Shown: positions 35,701 to 44,461 of the stretch, one piece after another | How positions within the stretch are numbered: the stretch's first letter is position 1 | How the letters are laid out: every line of letters begins with the position of its first letter | Source of the DNA: Phyllosticta citribraziliensis | Taxonomy: Eukaryota | DNA: 64,000 bases | Assembly: GCF_038025025.1 (NCBI RefSeq) | Contig: NW_027117344.1 | Coordinates: 124,001-188,000, forward strand | Reading direction: 5' to 3' | Program-made: the position numbers and the translations under genes | Notes under the pieces: generated by a model | The model's input: the letters and a program-made list of their open reading frames with translations, nothing else | Told to the model about the DNA's origin: nothing | The model's database searches: none

Positions 35701-38559
35701 TCCAATCTTGACGTAAGCAACATTACCACTAGTGACGATGACCCTTTGAAGAACATTCCGGACCTGACGGTGGACGAGGTCAATGAGAAGCGCCAGGCCG
35801 AGTACCCACCGTCCATGTTTGAAGAAGCCAACGAGTTCCTCCAGAGCTACCGCGAAAAGGATGCCCCTTCTCGACAAGCAAGTGGAGAAAGACCGCAGAC
35901 GAGAGAGGGAGCGGAGATTCCCGTTTCCGACACCAACAGCGCTAAGTCCAAATTCTCTGTCAATCTCTCATCGAGTGCTATGCAGCCCGATACCAGAGCC
36001 ACTTCGGTGAGCGACAAGCACGGCCATGGCGGTTTGAAGCCAGTGGCTCGAGAGGAAACAATCCCCGAGGTCCCTTCGTCCATCAATCGGTCCTCCATCC
36101 ACGAAAGTTTCCAAAAGGAGCTGAGGAAGCTGTCTGGAAAATCTTTTGATAGAAAAGGAGCAAGCTTTCGCCAAAAGTCTTTCGACGAAGACAAGACGAT
36201 TGAGCTGCCGTACCTTGGCAACTACCAGACCGAGGACCAGGACGAAGCGACGCCTCTCAAGCGTGACTGGGCAACGCCACATCCGCGCTTCAACAACTTC
36301 CGCAGTGTCACCAAGGAGACCGTCACCGACCACAGCCCTACGCCTCCTCGGCAAACACATGCTGATCTGTCTTTAATCCACCGTGCTGAAATGTATTCTG
36401 AGCAAGGAAACAGCCCGTTGCGGTTCAGCGTCAGCATCACCAGACCCCTCAAGACGAGCGTCTCCAAACCTCATGGTTCGTCCGTCGGCTCCAATGCTGT
36501 CGGCCCGTATTCGCCCAAGGCTGGCACTGCATACACGACATTTTTGCTCTCAGAATTGCCCGAGTTCACGCTGAACCAGATTGATGAAAAGGAGCTTCCC
36601 AATCGTCTGGTCAAGAAGGTCGCCGCTGGCGAAAAGCAGGCTCTGTCGGTCCTCGAAGATAGATTTGCTCAAGGAACCCTGGAGCTGGTCAAGGCTTTGC
36701 AAGATGAGGCTCCAGAAGAGCTTTTCTGGGAAGATTTGAGGACCGTCGGCCTGCGGAATAAGGATCTGCCAACTCTGCACCGCCTCGACGAACTTTGCAC
36801 CAAGGTTGAAAACCTGGACGTCAGCAACAACCACATTGCGCAGTTGACGGGTGCACCGCCGTCTATCCGCCGACTCAACATCCAAAATAACTGCGTAACC
36901 AGTCTGACTGGATGGGGCCATTTGGTAAATCTTCAATACTTGGACGTGTCAGGGAATGCCCTCGACAGTTTGATTGGCTTCAAGGGTCTCGTGCATCTTA
37001 GAGAAATTCAGGCGGATGGCAATCAAATTGAGGACCTCGACGGTGTCCTGGGTCTTGACGCACTGATCAAGCTGAGCGTCAAGAACAACAAGATTCGTCG
37101 TGTGGATCTCAGAGGATGTGCGCTCGATACTTTGGTGGAGTTAGATCTGGGCGGGAATGCGATCAAGAGTATCAGGGGGCTCGAAGAGTTGCCGTTCCTC
37201 GAGCGGCTAGGCCTGGGTAAGCTCCAAGAACATGCTTCAAGATTCAAACTGACTGCTCTAGATGACAACCAACTCGTCCAATTTCCGACGCACACTCTCA
37301 CGGCCAAGGCGCATCGGCTGCGCAACCTGAGCTTGAACCGCAACCGCTTGATGACCCTCTCGCTCTCCCGATTCCCCTCTCTCGTATCCGTCTCGTGTGA
37401 TTCGAACCACTTGCCGTCGATTCCCGAACTGAACACGCTGCGACACCTCCGAATCCTTTCTGCGCGTGACCAGCAGCCGACCAGTCCTTTCAACGCCAAC
37501 GCCTTCTTCAGCAACCCTGACTTGAACGAGTTGTACCTCTCTGCGAACTCCATCTCGCATTTCACGCTACCTGCTGACGTCTCTCTCCTCAACTTGCACC
37601 GGCTGGAGCTCGCCAATTGTGGACTTGTCGCATTGCCCGAGCGCTTCGGTCTGTTGGCACCAAACGTGAGGATCCTCAACCTGAACGCCAACGCCATGCG
37701 GGATCTGCGGCCGCTGCTCAACATGAAGAAGCTGCGCAAGCTCGAAGTTGCTGGAAATCGCCTGCAGCGCCTTCGCCGCAACGTTCTCGTGCTCAGCAAG
37801 CTTGGCTCTTCGCTGAAGACGGTCGACATGCGCAACAACCCGTTCAACGTGGGGTTCTATGCGCAACCGTTGCTCGCCTCAACCCTCGCCGCCGCCTCTA
37901 CGGCCGCGCTGGCACAAAGCAAAGTCAGAGCTTCCAAGGATAACGGCAGCGCCCTCCCCCGCCTACTCACTGCGCCGCCTCCAGCCAGCGCGCCTGGGTC
38001 CTTCACGTCGGCAGCTGGTGGCGGTGTCGCCTCGCCTACCTTTTCTCCCCTATCGTTCCCGTCCACTGTGACCTCGTCCTTTGTCTCGCACCCAGCCGAC
38101 GACTCCGACGACGAGACTCCGACGCAGGCCGACGACGCCGACCCCTTCACTTCCTCCCAGCGCTTCTACGCCTCGCCGCACCCTGCCAACCTGCACAGTC
38201 TCCCACCGCAGCCCGCCGCGCTCGACGCAAACTACCGCGTCCGTCTGGACGCAGACACGGCGCTGCGGCGCCGCGTGTACGAGATGCTGGTCGCGCATGC
38301 GTGCGAGGGCGTCAAGAAGCTCGATGGGCTGTCGTTTGATCGCACGCGGGTGCTGGGCGCCGCATCCGGTAAAGGGGGCGGCAAGGCTCGCGCCGAGGAC
38401 GACGGCGTGTGGGCCCGTTTGATCGAGGTTGGTGTTGTGCGGCGGAAGGAGAAGGGCAAGAATGTTGCTGGCACGAGTGCGAGTGCCGGTGGGCACGGCG
38501 CCCCTGCGGCTGCGGCTGCGGCTGGGACGAGCATGAGGAGCTTTGAGAGCGTGGATTGA
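32737..38559 (+). CDS. cdc11: Septation initiation network scaffold, Cdc11/Nud1/SepK-like leucine-rich-repeat protein
   Basis: MAQPWLDDLSEDW start, TPEWKRRL and DLFSPMGLE blocks, long S/P-rich region, C-terminal LRR array. In-frame 45-nt intron at about 37217-37261. Confidence 0.85.
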   Translation: MAQPWLDDLSEDWLPQPASSPPSRRDSSAAKSSFDSNPPSSRSRIPRLKSSPAPAALHTPNTEPVARQLPGKRKNVLAERSKSDNNILNNHPATSPARPNESRVPSHPRSISTSSADSVVRNGTVEIKSAAPLQTKRPHDTPEWKRRLIHGRMGYGDQKDLFSPMGLENIFQQPAPAPSSSPDRKKGRLSMLKDSVVMPSSPPPWPSQISQSSPSKPSSRDYDALEEDSMQSVAERPESEDGSVVQTRNPPKLQPIHEHSSLSMKDRSRVTSGQTELTDDSFSPVYISRRNTKDGGIEYQPLDLSKSELERVKNQSEKTDPAAFNESLNSNGNTDISTFSKLRSETLPDDLPTGTPDHLNVGQFVNLKRGGFSADGSFRERPLSPSPLKGGTSDPNDPARQEDSQATVPMFEGPAMHIRRQIPRSSSPPLSPKTPARRQPNLDSDRPRSSGSPLKLFGDHDTFTANRLFRRMSQLEDALPTTANSSRPSSSESPEKRLEAWLPSVEEGFHESDDNEEQFRTSNGSYFGRGELDHHRFPEEEFSSSRNSTSYDDDVAASRPILPEFKFNLIDGNVHQSSVNKRKLSRHTVKSGATTMTNKSSIKIPKSPRLSPNQLFPALSSSHLPPDSEASEGKRPPTSPFKNPQPKRRRTLLSSELGDADYYSYDKLQLALEDPHEDALSSQYALRPRNPTPSESRLEQVQRQVLNATDAYLHNSPKALHVIQEHVESPSSRRLSEEREHERAIAREVATFTVRMNQRMRDEDRKRSVTTQDFLDQARLIMDHIRTRGRPNSALESLAESEQSPLRERSTFLQVPESPLSFSRPPSREGPKDGWSNPSAPRTSDARVVSHLKKFQETDGEDFMMASFRSNNLRHYEDRTSEESRFHDGQSPDIRILTRNLTMQRRRDRSHSDGSPPGTKSSQSPRSRRSTLDSSLGRTNVTGISRRSENVANLAPGAVAHLIPQELAGMTFDREKGIWVRRNAKSQRSNLDVSNITTSDDDPLKNIPDLTVDEVNEKRQAEYPPSMFEEANEFLQSYREKDAPSRQASGERPQTREGAEIPVSDTNSAKSKFSVNLSSSAMQPDTRATSVSDKHGHGGLKPVAREETIPEVPSSINRSSIHESFQKELRKLSGKSFDRKGASFRQKSFDEDKTIELPYLGNYQTEDQDEATPLKRDWATPHPRFNNFRSVTKETVTDHSPTPPRQTHADLSLIHRAEMYSEQGNSPLRFSVSITRPLKTSVSKPHGSSVGSNAVGPYSPKAGTAYTTFLLSELPEFTLNQIDEKELPNRLVKKVAAGEKQALSVLEDRFAQGTLELVKALQDEAPEELFWEDLRTVGLRNKDLPTLHRLDELCTKVENLDVSNNHIAQLTGAPPSIRRLNIQNNCVTSLTGWGHLVNLQYLDVSGNALDSLIGFKGLVHLREIQADGNQIEDLDGVLGLDALIKLSVKNNKIRRVDLRGCALDTLVELDLGGNAIKSIRGLEELPFLERLGLGKLQEHASRFKLTALDDNQLVQFPTHTLTAKAHRLRNLSLNRNRLMTLSLSRFPSLVSVSCDSNHLPSIPELNTLRHLRILSARDQQPTSPFNANAFFSNPDLNELYLSANSISHFTLPADVSLLNLHRLELANCGLVALPERFGLLAPNVRILNLNANAMRDLRPLLNMKKLRKLEVAGNRLQRLRRNVLVLSKLGSSLKTVDMRNNPFNVGFYAQPLLASTLAAASTAALAQSKVRASKDNGSALPRLLTAPPPASAPGSFTSAAGGGVASPTFSPLSFPSTVTSSFVSHPADDSDDETPTQADDADPFTSSQRFYASPHPANLHSLPPQPAALDANYRVRLDADTALRRRVYEMLVAHACEGVKKLDGLSFDRTRVLGAASGKGGGKARAEDDGVWARLIEVGVVRRKEKGKNVAGTSASAGGHGAPAAAAAAGTSMRSFESVD

Positions 38560-39549
38560 GCTTGCTGCGTGTGGGGCGGGCGTCTTTTCGGTTCGTTTTC
38601 TTCCGCCCTTCGACTGGGTACTGTTTGGTTCTGTGTTTTGTTCCACTGGTGTTTGGATGGTTGGATGGTTGGTTGGCTAGGTGGGCGGGCCTGGGTGCAT
38701 GGCGGCGTTTTCATCATCGTCAATTATGAGTTACATTACATTGTGGGCATGCATACATACATACGTACTGGTACTCATGCAGCAGACTTTTCTCTGTGTC
38801 TGTCTCTCTCTCTCAATCACTCTCTCGCTCTCTTCTGTGGCTGGCTGGCTGCTGGCCGGCAACGAAACTTCTCATCGTCAACAACCACAACAACTTCTTC
38901 CTCTTTCATTCGCCCTTCGCGTCCATAACTTGTCTTTGCTGGTGTTTCGGAAGGCGGGAGCAAGAGGCGGTTTTCGGCTGGCGAAGTGAGGGTGTTGGTG
39001 TTTATTTGGATTGGTTTGGCGGTTGTGGCGGCGTTATGATAGTGTTTTGACTGCGCTTTGGATTGCTCTTGGATTGTTGCTCTTGCGTTGCTCTTGGGTT
39101 GCGGGGAGTGATGTTGGTGATTGGTGTTGCTTGTTGCTGTGATGAATGCTTCTTGTTCGCTACAGCAGCAGCAGCAGCAGCAGAATGGAGGAGCCGTGAG
39201 GTCGGTGAGGTTGGTGAGTGGGTCGGTGGGCTTTGGGCTAGCTTGCTGTTTGGTGGGGTATTGCCGTGTGGACACGGCAGTGACGGATCTAAGTGAGTAG
39301 GTTAGTTGCTGTTTGGTAGATTCGTGTGTGGTAGGTCGTGCGGACCGTGATGGATGCTCCTTTCTCACGAGGAGAGCTGGTGTGAGGCAAGTGACGAATG
39401 CTCCCTGCTCACTACAGCAGCGTGAAAGAGAAGAGACAAGCGTAGGCCGTTGGCCTTCCGCGGCGCTTTGCTGTTTGGGGTATTGCTATGTGGTCTTCGA
39501 GTGAATGGCGAGTTGTCACTTCAGCGTCACTTCCCTCTGCTAACGCACA

Positions 39550-39700
39550 ACGGTACCAAACGGGCTTAGAGCAGGCGCTCAGCGGTAGCCGAGCCCACAA
39601 ACAGGCGCTGCGTGGGCGCTGCGTGGGCGGTGGGCGCGTGGGTATAAAAGGACCGCCCCCCAGCCCCCCCCGGATTTGACGAAGACGAGACACCGCACTT
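39550..39700 (+). promoter_or_regulatory. TATA-containing promoter duplicated with orphan genes A and B
   Basis: ccaaacgggcttagagcaggcgctcagcggtagccgagcccacaaacaggcgctgcgtgggcg...TATAAAAGGA...ttgacgaagacgagacaccgcac is nearly identical to 41150-41275. Confidence 0.85.
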
Positions 39701-39776
39701 TTCTCCATCATCACGCCCTTGCCGCCCCATTTGCCCTTGCGCCCCATTGCCCTTTGCGCCCCACTCGTCTGCCATC

Positions 39777-40209
39777 ATGGCCGGTCCCCCGCTCGCCCAG
39801 TGCACTTGCACCCCCTGCCACGTTTGCAAGTGTAAGTTTTTCACCTTCCTTTACCAGGTTCAGGTCACTGACCGTTCAAGTCGCCGCCGTTGACTCTGCC
39901 CTCGCCAGGGCCAAGGAGCGTGGCCGTCCATATTGGAGTCAGCGTTCTCTGGTCAGGGAAGCCGCATGCGCCCTCGACCATGTCGGCAAAAGCGGTCCTC
40001 GCCGCTTCTACACCAGTGAGTCAAAGCCGCGATGTCGTCCTCCACGCGTTGTTGTGAGACTTACAAGGGCAGGTGACATGACCGACGACCTCCAGCAGAG
40101 GGCTGGTTCGCCCGAGACCTCAGCGGCCTGGTTGGAACGATACCACCGTTTCCATGCGATGTTCAAGCAGCTCGCCGCTTGGGGATACCTTCAGCCTTCA
40201 AAACAGTAA
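39777..40209 (+). CDS. Small orphan family protein, copy A
   Basis: MAGPPLAQCTCTPCHVCK|FAAVDSALARAKERGRPYWSQRSLVREAACALDHVGKSGPRRFYT|SDMTDDLQQRAGSPETSAAWLERYHRFHAMFKQLAAWGYLQPSKQ*, with two phase-1 introns. Confidence 0.7.
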
Positions 40210-40212
40210 ACG

Positions 40213-40802
40213 GTACGTGATCTTGTGTGGATTAACTGTTGATGACTTTTGCTTACACTCCTTTCGCAGCCTTTCGAAACCGAGCTTCCCACAGTCACAG
40301 AACACCCATTGCGGTCCCCTTGGACGCGCAGAATCAGGCAAGTGAGTGACCTTGTGCTAGATCCTCTGTTGATGACTTTTGCTAACATTCTTTTCGCAGC
40401 TCTGCGATCTTGAGCTTTCTTTGCTGTCGGCCTCTTTCTCTACGCGTCTTCCTTAGGATGCACGGCCTGGCCTGCCGAGTACGCCTTCTTGCACTTAATC
40501 CCACCTCTTGACTTTTGCTTACATTCTTCCTTTCACAGTGTTTTTGCGCCTGCACCTTTTCGGTTTTCGTTTCAGTCTCGTTTTGGCGGCCAGACGTCCC
40601 TGGTATGTGGCCTTGCACTGAGTCCTCCCTCTTCAACTTTCGCTTACGTTCTGCCTTGCATAGCTTCTTGACGCACAAGAATCTGTCTTGAGTCAGTTCT
40701 GGGACGTCCGTCCTATGGCGGAGGCCTTCCTCTGTCTGCCTCGTATGTGGCCTCGCACTGAATCCTCTCTTCACGATTCCGCTGACAATTTCTCTTTCGT
40801 AG
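40213..40802 (+). repeat. Array of five homologous intron-shaped repeats (57-61 nt) separated by unique 64-79 nt segments
   Basis: Units at 40213-40269, 40342-40399, 40479-40538, 40603-40663 and 40743-40802. Each starts with a GT donor-like hexamer (GTACGT, GTGAGT, GTACGC, GTATGT x2), has a GCT(T/A/G)AC branch-like box and ends YAG. Confidence 0.85.
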
Positions 40803-41149
40803 CCTTTTTGCCCTTCCGTCTGCCTGTTTTTTGAGTCATCCATAGCGGCCATCCTCGTGGTCTTAGCTTCATGACAATACATCTTCTCGCAGACAAAAAC
40901 TCTAAACATCAGTTGTCAATTATGAATCTTCCTCCATCGTGATTTCAATCATCCGCATGCTTTGCGTAGTAGAATTGCGAAAGCTACAATCAATGGACAT
41001 CTGCAAAGACAACCTGTTCAGCAAGGTCGACGGCCTTTGATGAGGGCTTTCAGTGTGCCAATTTTGTTGAGTTGTGAATGCCTTTCGCACACTAGCCGTA
41101 TTAATGTCGTTTTCACTCCGGTTGCTTCTCTATGCAGGCGCAGGACGGC

Positions 41150-41275
41150 ACCAAACAGGCTAGAGCGGGCGCTCAGTGGGAGCCGAGCCCACAAACAGGC
41201 GCTGCGTGGGCGGTGGGCGCGTGACTATAAAAGGACTGCCTCCCCCCCGAGTTGACGAAGACGAGACACCGCACC
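41150..41275 (+). promoter_or_regulatory. TATA-containing promoter of orphan copy B
   Basis: Near-identical to 39550-39700, with TATAAAAGG at about 41226. Confidence 0.85.
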
Positions 41276-41334
41276 GTTCGCTCCATAACCACGCCCTTCC
41301 CGCCCCGTTCGCCCATCGCGCCCCATCAGTCATT

Positions 41335-41891
41335 ATGTCCAGACTTGTCACAAATTCAGAATGGAATCAAGCCTTGCGCGAGGGCGCTTGCCGGCGCTCT
41401 TCGCCTCGTCGTGGCCCCCCGGCCTCGACGGAGAGCTGTAAGTCCCTGACCCCGCTTTCACTTGGTACCCAGATCACTGATCGTCAAAGTTGTCGATGTT
41501 GATCAGGCCCTGAGCAGGGCCAGAGACCGTGGCCGTCCCACCTGGAGCCAACGCTCACAGCTCCAGGAGGCGGCCCGGGCTTTGGACCTCATTGCCAGAG
41601 GCGGTCCCAAACGTTTCTTTTTCGGTGAGTCTAAGTCACGATCGTGTCCTGAACTTGTCGCAAAACTGACCATGGCAGCTGGTGTGATCGATGAGCTCCT
41701 CTTGCACGCACACAAGCCGGAGGTTTCAGCCGCCTTCCGTGAACGCTGCCGTCGCCTTTTCGCCATGTGGGCTGAGCTGGGAGCGTTGGGAAGACTGTCG
41801 CCCCACGGCGAGGAAGCAGTAAGTGACCTCAGCTTGGATTACCTGTTCATGACTCTTGCTTACACTCCTTTCGCAGCCTTTTCGCGCTTGA
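41335..41891 (+). CDS. Small orphan family protein, copy B
   Basis: MSRLVTNSEW...|FVDVDQALSRARDRGRPTWSQRSQLQEAARALDLIARGGPKRFFF|AGVIDELLLHAHKPEVSAAFRERCRRLFAMWAELGALGRLSPHGEEA|PFRA*. Clear homology to copy A. Confidence 0.72.
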
Positions 41892-42621
41892 GAGTTCTCC
41901 ATGAGCACAGTTTCTGCCGGGTATGCCGCAAGTTCAGTCGGGTATGTGACCTTTCACTGAATCCTCTCTCGACGACTTTTGCTAACAATCCCTCTTTCGT
42001 AGTGTCTTTCCCTTTCGGTCTCCTTTCGCGAAGAGTCAATGACAACAACCACCTCCCAGTGCTTGTTTCATAATACATCTTCTCACAATGAGAAATTCCA
42101 ATACAAATTACCAATTATGAACTTCTCTTCTCCGTGATTTCAAACAACTGTATTTTTGAAGTGTTGAACGTAAGATCATAAATTGAATGGGTCGCCAGTA
42201 CGACTGCCGTTCAGCAAGTTGAATGGCCTTCGATTGAGGCCCAGCAAATTGCAGTATATATTTCACACTGAATAGTTTGTGGATGGATTTGGCGCAGACT
42301 CGGCGCAAAGCGTCCTCAAAACATCGCCGCGCTTCGAAGGTTTCTTTCTATCGCGACCTTCCACATCATCGGAGGGGCGCTCCGCGACGAAACAGCCCTC
42401 GAGGATGAGCTCATCCGTGACGTGAGGCTCGTGTTGCAGACCGGGAAGATTCAACTGTGCATTTCCCTGTCAATCCAGCCTTTCTTCGACATGCATCATA
42501 TTCTGCGACAAGACGCGCACCGCTCTTTCGACCGGACCCGGCTCGAGGCGCAAGGTCCGACGTCACCAAAACACCACACACAACCACAGCACCATCTCGA
42601 CCAACCTCCGACTTCGTCACC

Positions 42622-43039
42622 ATGGTGCTCAAACTCTCCGAATCGCGTAAGCCAAGAACCACCTCACGTTGCAGGGACCTCACCAGCTGACTGCCAAAGT
42701 GTACTGGGTTTCCTGGCTGCTCGATGTGGCGGAATCCCCAGAAAAGAGCGCCGAGAGGAAGTGCTCCCTCCTCCGAGCCGCCGCCGTGCGCCTCGACACA
42801 GTAAACGACCCTGAAGATACCACGGAGCGCCCGAGGCGCCAGTTCAGCAGCAAGTTGCGCCAGATTCCGCGGCGCGCTTCCAGGAGCTGACCGTGACAGT
42901 GAGCCTCGTCGACGAGCTTCGCGAGCGGGCTTCACGTCGAGCGACGCCTTGGGAATGGTGCCACTTCTTCAAGCGCATCGTTGCGATGTCTGAGGAGTCG
43001 GGCTTCTACGGCGAGGGCGATGGCGATGACCCCGAATAA
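42622..43039 (+). CDS. Small orphan family protein, copy C
   Basis: MVLKLSES|LYWVSWLLDVAESPEKSAERKCSLLRAAAVRLD...RRQFS|MSLVDELRERASRRATPWEWCHFFKRIVAMSEESGFY...*. The second intron needs a GC donor (GCAAGT). Confidence 0.6.
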
Positions 43040-44007
43040 AGTTGCGCAGGTACGTGGTCTTCGACGGATTCTCTGTTGCTGATTCTCGCTGACACTTTCG
43101 CCTTTTTGCAGCTCATCGGCGGCCTTTATCTGTTCACCTTACCTGGTTTTCCGCGTGGAACGAACACGTCGCGTTGCGCTGCGCCAGTGCCGGCGACTTT
43201 GCGCTGACGCCTTCATCTTCCCCAGCCCACCGACATGTAACACTTCCTTCGCTGGATTGGCCTACCTGGCATGGTACTTGTACGGGTACGTTGAGCTTTC
43301 CTGGCCCTGCTGCCATTGCCTTGTGCTGACACAGTCGTCTTTCAAGGTTGCCCCCGCACCAAGAACTTCGCCGGAACACACCTGTACCGCGCTAGACAGC
43401 TACAATGATCAATCGAACATCACGCTTCGTGCATCCTCCTGCGTCGTGCCTTTCATAATGCATCTTCTTCTTTAAATACAAACAACGGGGTGGGCAAGAG
43501 TATACTACGAATTGGTTTTGATTTCAAGCCGCGTACTCTTCTGCTTTTGTCCTGCATGCAGGGCAATTCCCTTGCTCACGGCCAAAATGAAGGCGTGTTG
43601 TGCAAGATTCGTAGTTAAAACAGTGTCCGAATTGAATGGGTTGGGGAAGCCTTCTGCTCTTCTTTGCAGGCCAAACAACCCCAGTGGTGTTAAGTGGCCT
43701 CAGAAAGGCCGTTTCGTGATGACTTCGGGCAAGCTCCGCGACAAAACAACGCTCAATTGACAAGAGAGGCGTAAGAGACGAGAGGCTCGCGTATATGGTA
43801 GAAGGAGGCGGTATGTGGAGCCTTGGCGAATCGCCTGCGGTCAAACTACACATTGCCTTCGGCTGCATTGTCGCTGTTAACTTCAATTCACTTTCTTCGC
43901 GCACCGCCTGCTGGCTCTGTATAAATATCTGCTTGGCGCCCTCCAGCCCTCATCACCAAACAAAACACTTCCTTCTCCACGACCAACCTCCATCACAACC
44001 CCAGATC

Positions 44008-44461
44008 ATGGAGCAAGCAAACCTCTGTAAGCATCCAGCCGCCTCCTCTACCAACTACCCCACTGACAAACTACAAAAGACACCTTCATCGACTCTCTCC
44101 TGGTCACGGCAAGCGGCTGCCACCCGCTATCCGAAGGCCGTCGCGACCTCCTCCGCGACGTGGCCATCCGCCTCGACCCATACCCACGAGCAGGGCCGAT
44201 GCTCTACGACCGTGAGTTTAAGGCCGCTCTAAAATAATTCCGCATGGTGCTGACTGGAAGCGCAGATGTTGTCGTCAACCATCTCTTGCACGTCGCCGCG
44301 CGCCCGGACGCTTCCAACGCGTGGCGCCTCCGCTACGACCGCCTCGTCGCCCTGGCAAGAGAGGTGTACGTCGTGGAGGCCTCCGTAAGCAACGTCCCTC
44401 AATACTTTTGGAGACCCTCACTGACTTTGGGATGTGTCACCAGCGCCAACGGATAAGGTAG
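44008..44461 (+). CDS. Small orphan family protein, copy D
   Basis: TATAAATA at about 43920. MEQANL|YTFIDSLLVTASGCHPLSEGRRDLLRDVAIRLDPYPRAGPMLYD|HVVVNHLLHVAARPDASNAWRLRYDRLVALAREVYVVEAS|RQRIR*, intron phases 1,1,0 as in copy B. Confidence 0.68.

Noticed and set aside
40213..40802. CRISPR-like repeat-spacer appearance
   Set aside because: Eukaryotic context with no cas genes. The repeats are long, degenerate and carry full spliceosomal signals, so they are treated as an intron array.
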